Shown one piece after another: positions 1 to 7,482 of a DNA stretch of 50,438 nucleotides. The position numbers and the translations under genes are program-made. Every line of letters starts with the position of its first letter. Positions within the stretch are counted from its first letter, which is position 1. The notes beneath the pieces were generated by a model, which ran no database searches, was not told where the DNA came from, and saw nothing but the letters and a program-made list of their open reading frames with translations. Source of the stretch: an uncultured Clostridia bacterium (GTDB taxonomy: Bacteria; Bacillota; Clostridia; Oscillospirales; CAG-272); the NCBI GenBank assembly GCA_947632135.1, contig CANRNZ010000001.1:1-50438 (forward strand), given 5' to 3'.

Positions 1-233
1 GAGTGAAGAGGGAATGTCTTTTCAACTCCGCAGCCGTATGCTACGCGTCTTACCGTGAAGGTTTCGGATATACCGCCGCCGTGCTTAGCGATAACCGTTC
101 CCTCAAAGAGCTGTGTTCTCTCACGGGTGCCTTCTTTTATCAGGTTGTGGACTCTGACAGTGTCGCCGACTTCAAAGGGCGTCAAATCCGTCTTTAACTG
201 CTCGCTTACAAAAGCGTCGATTTTGGTGTTCAT
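1..233 (-). CDS. rplS: 50S ribosomal protein L19, N-terminal 77 codons; the rest lies beyond the window edge
   Basis: Reverse translation from the ATG at 233-231 gives [77 protein letters not shown], the classic L19 core (GDTVRVH, RERxQx[14 protein letters not shown]). An AAGGAGG RBS lies just upstream. The ORF track misses it because it runs off the edge. Confidence 0.9.
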   Translation of the reverse strand, partial: MNTKIDAFVSEQLKTDLTPFEVGDTVRVHNLIKEGTRERTQLFEGTVIAKHGGGISETFTVRRVAYGCGVEKTFPLH

Positions 234-321
234 TTCGACTTCCTCCTTAAATACCGCAGAACATTCGTGCCGAGCATGCAGAGGACTGTTCCGTACTGTG
301 TGACTTACCACACGCCTTGCC

Positions 322-350
322 ATTATATCATAAAATAACCGATGTTTCAA
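322..350 (-). promoter_or_regulatory. Candidate sigma-A promoter for rplS, followed by a ~90 nt leader
   Basis: On the minus strand: TTGAAA (350-345), a 17 nt spacer, then an extended -10 TGATATAAT (330-322). The leader down to the ATG at 233 contains small hairpins and may be an L19-type autoregulatory leader, which I could not verify. Confidence 0.45.
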
Positions 351-416
351 GTATTTTCTAAAAATTTATTTTTTATAATTTTTGGCAAAGCTCGGGCTAT
401 TAGGCGTTTTGCTTTT

Positions 417-710
417 TTATTTTTCACTTATTGCTTTCGGTTGGTTTTCATCGCTTTCTTCTACTGCCGTACCGCATTCCCAAAGCTCCACTTCGGATAT
501 GTCGACGTCCTCGTCCCAACAAACGGCGCATCCGCCGCATTCTACCTTTACAAGCTTGAAGAAATCTTCGTTTTGCAGTTTTGCGTAGCTTGGAAACTGA
601 GGTATCAGCTGCTTTGTATCGTATTGCTTTACCACTCCGTTTTCAAATGTAACAAGCAATTTCATATCCTTCAGCGGCAAAACATTTTTTACTCTTACCG
701 ACAGTCCCAT
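417..710 (-). CDS. DUF2442 domain protein
   Basis: MGLSVRVKNVLPLKDMKLLVTFENGVVKQYDTKQL...VCWDEDVDISEVELWECG matches the DUF2442 pattern. The ATG at 710 has an AGGAG RBS 8 nt upstream. The TTG at 740 in the ORF track is less likely. Confidence 0.8.
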   Translation of the reverse strand: MGLSVRVKNVLPLKDMKLLVTFENGVVKQYDTKQLIPQFPSYAKLQNEDFFKLVKVECGGCAVCWDEDVDISEVELWECGTAVEESDENQPKAISEK

Positions 711-773
711 ATGAAGTATTCTCCTGTTTTTATCTGACAATATTTAAAAAATAATAATAGACTCGCTGATGGA

Positions 774-1025
774 TCAGACAAGCGGCGGAAGCTTTTTCAG
801 AGTTTTTGTTTCCCACATTTTCATAATCTCGGGAATATATTGACTTGCCCATTCCTGAACGAGCGATTGCGCCTTCAAAGGTAAATCTCCTTCTATCATT
901 TTCAAGGTAGTTATCTCAAAGGTTCCGTTGTATTCACCGTATATTGCATGAAAATGAGGCGGGTTATGTTCTCTTGTCAGAAAAATTTTGATTATAATTC
1001 CATAAAATCTTGTTATTTCGGGCAT
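774..1025 (-). CDS. DUF4160 domain protein
   Basis: MPEITRFYGIIIKIFLTREHNPPHFHAIYGEYNGTFEI..LKMIEGDLPLKAQSLVQEWA is the typical DUF4160 signature (FYGIxIxMY..HxPPHFHA.YGE). It lies 33 nt upstream of the DUF2442 gene on the same strand. Confidence 0.85.
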   Translation of the reverse strand: MPEITRFYGIIIKIFLTREHNPPHFHAIYGEYNGTFEITTLKMIEGDLPLKAQSLVQEWASQYIPEIMKMWETKTLKKLPPLV

Positions 1026-1184
1026 AACCTTTTCCCCGTTCTTTAGAATATTTTATAATTCTATTATACATTGCTCTGTATAAAAAATCAACGGGACTTT
1101 GAAAAACTTTAAAAAACTTTGTGGTGAGTTACGGTTTCTTTGAATTATATATTTTCGACATTTTAGATATTTTAGATATTATTG

Positions 1185-1213
1185 TTGAATTTTGTTTTTT
1201 TGTATGCTATAAT
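1185..1213 (+). promoter_or_regulatory. Near-consensus sigma-A promoter with no ORF behind it
   Basis: TTGAAT (1185-1190), exactly 17 nt of spacer, then TATAAT (1208-1213). The predicted TSS is about 1220. Confidence 0.55.
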
Positions 1214-1219
1214 CGGTTT

Positions 1220-1555
1220 GCCAAACAAATTTCATATATTTTAATATTTTATAATATTTTAACGGGATATTTTTATTCCTTCGGCTTGACTCCGTTTGTT
1301 TTTAAGGTGGGAATGTCAAGGGAGGGAAGATATTCCGCGCGTACCGTTAAAAGGAGGGTATTGAAGGGGTATAATTTTCGTATTTTGCGGCAAAAATAAC
1401 TTTGTGAATTCAGCAAAAACGCAAATTCCGTCAAGTTATTTTTGTCATAGCAGCGGTGAAATCCGCCCTTTACGGTGCATAATATCTTGAAATTTGTTTG
1501 GCGACAATCGGGGTTTGCGCTTTTCATGCGTCGGCTTCGGTTGGCGCATTTTTTA
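1220..1555 (+). ncRNA. Candidate structured non-coding RNA or long cis-regulatory leader of unknown class
   Basis: GCCAAACAAATTTC (1220-1233) is perfectly complementary to GAAATTTGTTTGGC (1489-1502). Nested helices are 1341-1347/1472-1478, 1389-1400/1435-1446, 1406-1410/1424-1428 and 1453-1456/1463-1466. The unit ends in an intrinsic terminator. No ORF with a credible RBS is present. Confidence 0.4.
1526..1555 (+). terminator. Intrinsic terminator
   Basis: A 10 bp stem ATGCGTCGGC/GTTGGCGCAT (3 G-U pairs) with a TTCG loop, followed by TTTTTTATTT. Confidence 0.65.
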
Positions 1556-1573
1556 TTTGTTGTATTTACCGTT

Positions 1574-1619
1574 ATTTTAATTTATTTTATTTAACTATTT
1601 TAATTTATTTTATTTAACT
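1574..1619. repeat. Perfect tandem duplication, 23 nt x2 (ATTTTAATTTATTTTATTTAACT)
   Basis: Read directly: 1574-1596 equals 1597-1619. It sits between the terminator and the next start codon. Confidence 0.95.
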
Positions 1620-1634
1620 TTGAAAGGGAAAAGT

Positions 1635-1943
1635 ATGGGCCTTTTTAACGACAGGGAAATATTCGATATTGATAAGGTGATTAAAAAATTTGCCGATATA
1701 GTACTCGAAATCGAATTTTTAGGCGTTGTTTCGGCGTTTTTATATTTCTTGTTTGCCGGCGAGGACGCACAGCTCGGATTGTTCGAGGGCGACAACATAG
1801 TGCTCGGATTTGCCGTTTTGTTTTTCGGAACGCTCGCTATCTTATTATTTTATTATATTTTGTACGGCTTTGCCGAGCTGATATCACAGCAAAGGAGCAT
1901 TAAATCGGAGCTTGAAAAGCTGAATGAGAAAAGCAGTGATTGA
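1635..1943 (+). CDS. Small hypothetical membrane protein (2 predicted TM helices, C-terminal amphipathic tail)
   Basis: The ATG at 1635 is preceded by AAGGGA. The protein has hydrophobic segments LGVVSAFLYFLFAG and VLGFAVLFFGTLAILLFYYILYGFA. I recognise no family. Confidence 0.5.
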   Translation: MGLFNDREIFDIDKVIKKFADIVLEIEFLGVVSAFLYFLFAGEDAQLGLFEGDNIVLGFAVLFFGTLAILLFYYILYGFAELISQQRSIKSELEKLNEKSSD

Positions 1944-2079
1944 CAGAATATGATATATGTACCGCGCGGCGCCTCTGTTTTTACCAAAAAGCTCTGTAAT
2001 TTTATTTATTTGTCTTGATTTTAACTCCGTATTGTGGTAATATTGCCTACGGTAATTTATGTTTGCGGAGGAAAACATT

Positions 2080-3324
2080 ATGTCAATACCTGTTCCCGAA
2101 AAAAGAATTGCCGAATTTGAAAAATTCGGCTTCGGAATGTTCGTTCACTACGGTATTTATTCCCAAAAGGGCATGGGCGAGTGGGTCATGGAAATCGCCG
2201 GTATACCGAGAGATGAGTACAAAAAGCTTGCCGACACCTTCAACGTTGCAAAGGACGCCGCCTCAAAGTGGGTGAAGGCTGCGAAAAACGCGGGCGTGAA
2301 GTATATCGTGCTCACTACAAGACACCACGACGGATTTTCCCTTTACGATACAAAGGGGCTTTCAAATTACGACGCGCCCCACTATCTTAACGGGCGGGAC
2401 ATTGTGCGCGAGTTTGTCGACGCGTGCAGCGCCGAGGGGATAGTTCCGTTTTTCTATCACACGACTCTCGACTGGTATCAGGACAGCTTCAAGGACGATT
2501 TCAAGAGCTACCTTCAGTATCTGCGCGACAGCGTTGAGCTTTTGTGCTCGAATTACGGCAAAATAGGCGGAATGTGGTTTGACGGCAACTGGTCAAAGCC
2601 CGCCGGCACCGACTGGGAGGAGGACAAGCTCTACGAGGTGATAAGACGTCACCAGCCCGACGCCATAATCGTAAACAACACCGGTCTTGACGCGCGCGGC
2701 GCCGTCGGCAATCCTCAGCTTGACAGCGTGACGTTTGAGCAGGGAAGACCCGAGCCGATGAACCGCGAGGGTCAGCCCAAATATCTCGCGGCGGAAATGT
2801 GCGAGACAATGAACGACCACTGGGGATACGGCAGCGGAGATTTGGACTATAAGTCTTTATCTCAGCTTATCGAGACTCTTTGCGCATGCCGCAAGGTCGG
2901 CGCAAATTACCTTTTGAATATAGGGCCTGACGCAGAGGGCGAGATAGTCCCCATGCAGTCGGCGCTTCTCGGCGGACTCGGCAAATGGATAAACGAGTGC
3001 GGCGGATGTATCTACAACGGAAAGCCCTCGAAAATCCATGCGGTCGAGAGAAAGAACTTTGCCCTTGAGGCTGACGGCAAGGCGTACCTCTTCATTCACG
3101 GGATTCACATCGCGGGCGTCGCAAACGTGACGGTCGACGACGGAAGCGGTATCGGCCCCAAAAACTTCGACAGGGTAAAGGGCAAGGTAAAGCGCGTCAG
3201 ATGGACGGACAACGGGGAAGAACTGAACTTTGTTCAGGATTCCGAGCATCTCACCGTTCACGCCTCGGGATTCCCTTACGGCAAAAACTATGTTGTAAGG
3301 GTTGCAGAGGTCGAATTTGAATAA
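2080..3324 (+). CDS. Alpha-L-fucosidase, glycoside hydrolase family 29
   Basis: The motifs FGMFVHYGIYS..GEWVM and TTRHHDGFSLYDTKG are GH29 hallmarks. The ATG at 2080 has GGAGG 7 nt upstream, which is preferred over the ATG at 2059. Confidence 0.85.
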   Translation: MSIPVPEKRIAEFEKFGFGMFVHYGIYSQKGMGEWVMEIAGIPRDEYKKLADTFNVAKDAASKWVKAAKNAGVKYIVLTTRHHDGFSLYDTKGLSNYDAPHYLNGRDIVREFVDACSAEGIVPFFYHTTLDWYQDSFKDDFKSYLQYLRDSVELLCSNYGKIGGMWFDGNWSKPAGTDWEEDKLYEVIRRHQPDAIIVNNTGLDARGAVGNPQLDSVTFEQGRPEPMNREGQPKYLAAEMCETMNDHWGYGSGDLDYKSLSQLIETLCACRKVGANYLLNIGPDAEGEIVPMQSALLGGLGKWINECGGCIYNGKPSKIHAVERKNFALEADGKAYLFIHGIHIAGVANVTVDDGSGIGPKNFDRVKGKVKRVRWTDNGEELNFVQDSEHLTVHASGFPYGKNYVVRVAEVEFE

Positions 3325-3371
3325 TTTGAATAATTTCAGAAAATACAATTAAAAAAATAAAGAATTAAACG

Positions 3372-3402
3372 AATGACGCGGCGCTCAGAACGCCGCGTCA
3401 TT
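3372..3402. terminator. Bidirectional intrinsic terminator between convergent genes
   Basis: A perfect 12 bp stem AATGACGCGGCG/CGCCGCGTCATT with a 7 nt loop. T-rich sequence follows the hairpin on both strands. Confidence 0.7.
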
Positions 3403-3420
3403 TTCAGCTTATATTAATAT

Positions 3421-4326
3421 TCAGTCATGTATTCTCTCGGCGTCGTACTCGAAAACGGTGCCGTTTTCGGCGTTTATTTTGTACTCGTATTCGACGCCGT
3501 CCTTGTAAAACTCGATTTCATATACGGTATATCCGTCGTCGCGCTCAAGCTCCGTCTTTGAGAAAACAACGTCCGATACGGAAAAGCCCGCGTGAGCGGA
3601 TGCGATTTCCTTCGCTCTGTCCGCAGTGATAAGTGAGCTTTGCGTGTTCGAGGTGTCCTGCGCGCCGTCCCCCGCATAGGGCGCGCTATCCGTGACGGAG
3701 TTATTTTCGCGCCGCTTTACGCTTTTGCTGTATATGTCGCCCGTTTCGGCGTCGATTTCGTAGTCGTACTCATATCCGTCGGAGGTATAAAACTCAATGT
3801 CGTAGACCTTGACTCCGTTGTCGAAGTCGAGCTCCGATTTAATAAATTTTACGTCCTCATCGGATAATTCTGCGTCGTTTATAGCCGTCTTTTTTGCGTC
3901 GTCCGCCGTTATTTGTGTTGGCGGCGCAGCTTCGCCTGTTTGCGGGGCGTTTGTATCGGGAGCGCCCGCGCCCGACGCGAAAGGCGCCGCGTCGTCCTTT
4001 TCGCTCTCTCTTTTTATAACCGAGCCGTCGGAGGAGTCAATCAGGTATTCGTATTCGATGCCGTTTGCAGTGAATTCCACCTCGTAGACAAATCGTCCGT
4101 CTTCAAAATCGAATTTCGCGCGAACCCGTTCGGCTTTGAGAGGGTCGACCCCGGCGTCGGCAAAGGCGAAATTTTTCGCATTCTCTTCTCCGATAGAAGA
4201 ACTTTTCGCAATGGATTTTACCGCAAGCAGCGTTCCGGCGATAATTACGGCAAGCGCCGCGGCAATGCAGATAACGGTAAACACGGCTCTTTTCGGCGTT
4301 GAAAACATTCTTTTCACTCTGTTCAT
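3421..4326 (-). CDS. Membrane-anchored protein with three PepSY domains
   Basis: An N-terminal TM segment (VFTVICIAAALAVIIAGTLLAV) is followed by three repeats of the PepSY pattern (FDFEDGRFVYEVEF..GIEYEYLIDSSDGSVI; LDFDNGVKVYDIEFY..YEYDYEIDAETGDI; LERDDGYTVYEIEFYKDGVEYEYKINAENGTV). Confidence 0.8.
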   Translation of the reverse strand: MNRVKRMFSTPKRAVFTVICIAAALAVIIAGTLLAVKSIAKSSSIGEENAKNFAFADAGVDPLKAERVRAKFDFEDGRFVYEVEFTANGIEYEYLIDSSDGSVIKRESEKDDAAPFASGAGAPDTNAPQTGEAAPPTQITADDAKKTAINDAELSDEDVKFIKSELDFDNGVKVYDIEFYTSDGYEYDYEIDAETGDIYSKSVKRRENNSVTDSAPYAGDGAQDTSNTQSSLITADRAKEIASAHAGFSVSDVVFSKTELERDDGYTVYEIEFYKDGVEYEYKINAENGTVFEYDAERIHD

Positions 4327-4501
4327 ACTCTTAATACAAAACTGCTCCTTTCTGTTTCTTTTTATTTTTTAATCCAAAAGAGAATCACATACGTCGGACG
4401 TCATCAATCGGCGAGAATATAAAGCCTTATGCCATATTTCCCCGTTACAATTATACACCGTATAATGCAAAACGGACAACATAAAATGTAAATTTTTATA
4501 T

Positions 4502-4540
4502 TTTTTAAACTTTTTAAACTTTTTAAACGCTTTTAAACGC
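4502..4540. repeat. Tandem repeat TTTTTAAAC x3 plus a degenerate copy
   Basis: Read directly in the PepSY/radA divergent intergenic region. Confidence 0.9.
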
Positions 4541-4739
4541 ATTAAAAGAATTGCCGCAGTTTTTCCTGTTTTATTTTAATAAATATTAATTTAATATGAG
4601 ACGGCAATCGAACTGCGTGCAAACATATTGTATTGCCCGTTTGAAATACAAAAACGGGTTGTCTGCCTTGATTTTTCACTTTCCGTGTGGTATACTTAAA
4701 AAAACAAAATGCGCTGCAAAAAGCTGAGGGAGGTGCGCT

Positions 4740-6137
4740 GTGAAGGGACAAAAGAGCGTATATGTCTGCTCGGAGTGCGACTGGCAGTCTCCCAAGTGGC
4801 TCGGAAGATGTCCCCAATGCGGGAACTGGAACACTTTTACCGAGGAGACGTTCGCTTGGAAAAAGGGAAATTCTGCCGCGTCGTCGGACGCCGCGTCGCG
4901 CGTGAGGAGTGAGAAGGCGGTTCTTTTTCGCGAGATGGAAAGCTCCGACTGCCGACGCTTCGGCACGGGTATCGGTGAGTTTGACAGAGTTCTCGGCGGG
5001 GGGCTTGTCGCGGGCTCCGTGATTCTTCTTGCCGGACACCCGGGTATCGGAAAGTCGACTCTCCTGATGCAGCTTTGCGGCGCCGTCGGGGACTCGCTCG
5101 ATATCATGTACGTTTCCGGCGAGGAATCAAAGGGGCAGCTCGCGCTTCGCGCCGAAAGGCTCGGCGTCAGTCCCGAGGGGCTGTACGTGCTGACGGACAC
5201 AAGCGTTGAAAATATTATCAGCGAATATGAGAAATGCTCTCCCGACGTTATAATTATCGACTCGATTCAGACTCTGACATCGGAAAGGGCGTCGTCGTCC
5301 GCGGGAAGTGTGACTCAGGTCAGGGAGTGCTCCGCCGAAATAATGGAAAAGGCAAAGACCGACGGCGTGTCCGTGATACTTGTCGGGCACGTGAACAAGG
5401 AGGGCGGCATTGCGGGGCCAAAGGTTCTCGAGCATATGGTCGACGCGGTCCTCTATTTCGAGGGTGAGAGGACTCAGAGCCATCGGATAATACGCGCCGT
5501 GAAAAACAGATACGGCTCCACAAACGAGATAGGCGTTTTTGAGATGACGGACACCGGGCTTCGCGAGGTCTCAAACCCTTCCGAAATGCTGCTTGCGGGG
5601 CGCCCCGACGGCGTTTCAGGGAGCTGCGCCGTGTGCGCTCTTGAGGGAACGCGTCCTATCGTCGCCGAGATTCAGGCTCTCGTCGTCCCGAGCGCATATC
5701 CGTCGCCGAGGCGCACAGCCGACGGGCTTGACTACAACAGAATGTGCCTTCTTCTTGCCGTAATCGAGAAAAGGCTCGGGATAAGGCTTTCGTCCTGCGA
5801 CGTTTATCTTAACGTCGTCGGAGGGCTTCAAATAGACGAGCCCGCGGTGGACGCCGCAGTGGCTCTTGCGATAATATCCTCTGTAAAGGACATACCCGTT
5901 CCGAAAAATCTGATTGTAATGGGGGAAATCGGACTGTCGGGTGAATTTCGCGCAGTCTCGTCCGCCGACCGCAGGGCAAAGGAGGCATACAGGCTCGGGT
6001 TTACGAAAATCGCTCTCCCCGCGCGGGGCGACGATGTCGGGCGAATTAAAATAAACGGAGCCGAGATAATACCTCTGAACAGCATTTACAATGAGCTTTT
6101 GCTTCTCGATACGCAAAGTAAGAATAAAGAGAATTAA
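4740..6137 (+). CDS. radA: DNA repair protein RadA/Sms
   Basis: An N-terminal zinc ribbon (YVCSECDWQSPKWLGRCPQCGNWNTF), a Walker A motif (GHPGIGKSTLL), a KNRYG motif and a Lon-like C-terminal domain are all present. The start is GTG with a GAGGGAGG RBS. Confidence 0.93.
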   Translation: MKGQKSVYVCSECDWQSPKWLGRCPQCGNWNTFTEETFAWKKGNSAASSDAASRVRSEKAVLFREMESSDCRRFGTGIGEFDRVLGGGLVAGSVILLAGHPGIGKSTLLMQLCGAVGDSLDIMYVSGEESKGQLALRAERLGVSPEGLYVLTDTSVENIISEYEKCSPDVIIIDSIQTLTSERASSSAGSVTQVRECSAEIMEKAKTDGVSVILVGHVNKEGGIAGPKVLEHMVDAVLYFEGERTQSHRIIRAVKNRYGSTNEIGVFEMTDTGLREVSNPSEMLLAGRPDGVSGSCAVCALEGTRPIVAEIQALVVPSAYPSPRRTADGLDYNRMCLLLAVIEKRLGIRLSSCDVYLNVVGGLQIDEPAVDAAVALAIISSVKDIPVPKNLIVMGEIGLSGEFRAVSSADRRAKEAYRLGFTKIALPARGDDVGRIKINGAEIIPLNSIYNELLLLDTQSKNKEN

Positions 6138-6198
6138 AATACATTAAATTAAAAATAAACGGCGAAACCCGAAAAGAGATTCGAAAGGAAAAAACAGT

Positions 6199-7101
6199 AT
6201 GAAAAACGCAAAGAAGATAATTTACGACCACGACCTCGGAAGCGACTGCGACGACGCGGGAGCCATTGCAATCCTTGTAAAGGCGCACAAGGCGGGCAGG
6301 TGCCGCGCTCTTGCGATAACAAGCTGCATTGCGGACCCTTACGGGGCAATATGCACCGGCGCGATATGCGAGTATTTCGGGGCGGATGACATTGAAATAG
6401 GACGGAACCTTTCCAACAGCAAGCTATCCGAGGAGGGGTATGACGTCTGCACTAAGGGAACCGCCGAAATGTGGTACAAGGACAGAGCGTATCCCGAGTA
6501 TGAGTCAAGCGTCACGCTTCTTCGTCGGATACTTGCGGAAAACGGGAAAAAGGATATCACCTTCGTTACGACAGGTCCGCTTATCACCGTACACGAGCTT
6601 TTGAAGTCGGGCCCCGACGAAATAAGCCCCAAAACGGGAAAGGAGCTCTTTGAGGAAAACATTGCGGAGTTTGTCTGCGGAGCGGGGAACTTTTCGGGAG
6701 ATACGGAGAACCGCGAGTGGAACATACGCGCCGACCCCGAGTCCGCGCTTTACGTTATAAACGACCCCGTCGTTCCGATGACTTTTGTCGGAAACAACGT
6801 CGGCGGCTGCATCATGACGGGAAACAGACTTCCCGAATGCGACGAAAATTATCCCGTAAGGGAGAGCTACTATCAGCTCTGGAACCACGAGAACTGCATA
6901 AGAAACAGTTGGGACCTTGTGACTGTCTACTACGCAATTTACGGCGGAGCGGGTCTTTGGGATGTCGCCGAGGGGTACGACGTACAGATAAACGAGCTCG
7001 GTCAGACAAGATTTTCAAAGGGCGGAATCCACAGCTATATTTATCAGGCGGCGTCAAGCGAGCTTATAACCGCGCTGCTTGACGAGTTTATGATTCCGTA
7101 A
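6199..7101 (+). CDS. Nucleoside hydrolase-like protein (inosine/uridine-preferring family)
   Basis: The N-terminal DHDLGSDCDDAGAIAIL resembles the DxDxxxDD calcium/ribose-binding signature of IUNH enzymes. The rest of the protein is unverified. Confidence 0.5.
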   Translation: MKNAKKIIYDHDLGSDCDDAGAIAILVKAHKAGRCRALAITSCIADPYGAICTGAICEYFGADDIEIGRNLSNSKLSEEGYDVCTKGTAEMWYKDRAYPEYESSVTLLRRILAENGKKDITFVTTGPLITVHELLKSGPDEISPKTGKELFEENIAEFVCGAGNFSGDTENREWNIRADPESALYVINDPVVPMTFVGNNVGGCIMTGNRLPECDENYPVRESYYQLWNHENCIRNSWDLVTVYYAIYGGAGLWDVAEGYDVQINELGQTRFSKGGIHSYIYQAASSELITALLDEFMIP

Positions 7102-7158
7102 GCTTTTTTTGTTTTATTATTTAATTTAACTATTTTTCGCCGAAATTATTTCGGCTTT

Positions 7159-7186
7159 CGGGGAGCGGAGCTCCCCGATTTTTTAG
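7159..7186 (+). terminator. Intrinsic terminator
   Basis: An 8 bp stem CGGGGAGC/GCTCCCCG with a 3 nt loop, followed by ATTTTTT. Confidence 0.7.
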
Positions 7187-7285
7187 TTTTCTTTTCTCAA
7201 ATTCCTGGATTCTCTGCGGCGCGGAATATGCGGAATATTTTTCTGCATGTCATGTATTGTTTTTTTTATTTATATATTGTATAAT

Positions 7286-7315
7286 ATTCAATGTAATATA
7301 ATTCAATGTAATATA
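7286..7315. repeat. Perfect tandem direct repeat, 15 nt x2 (ATTCAATGTAATATA), upstream of the rnf operon
   Basis: Read directly: 7286-7300 equals 7301-7315. Confidence 0.95.
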
Positions 7316-7482
7316 TAAAACTGTAAAAATTCAAATCGTTTTGCGCGGCGCGGCGTAAATTTTCACGCGGCGGCGCCGAATACCGATTTAAAAATTAAAA
7401 TCTATAAAAATTTTCAGCGGACATTCAAACGTATTTATTTATAATTTAATTGAGATTGCATAAAACCAAGCGGAGGTCAAGT

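Noticed and set aside
1273-1527. T-box leader or cobalamin riboswitch in the orphan RNA locus
   Set aside because: The fragments GGTGAAATCC and CGCGCGTACCG superficially recall B12 and T-box elements. The full conserved boxes (B12 box, T-box AGGGTGGTACCGCG, specifier/K-turn context) are not present in the right order or strand, and the downstream gene is not a typical target.
1121-1527. ORFs 1121-1399 (+, 92 aa) and 1273-1527 (-, 84 aa) as protein genes
   Set aside because: Neither has a usable RBS. Both have AT-rich low-complexity or odd composition, and they overlap the promoter and the helices of the candidate RNA. The embedded 28 aa basic ORF (MSREGRYSARTVKRRVLKGYNFRILRQK) has its SD-like sequence only 2-3 nt from the ATG.
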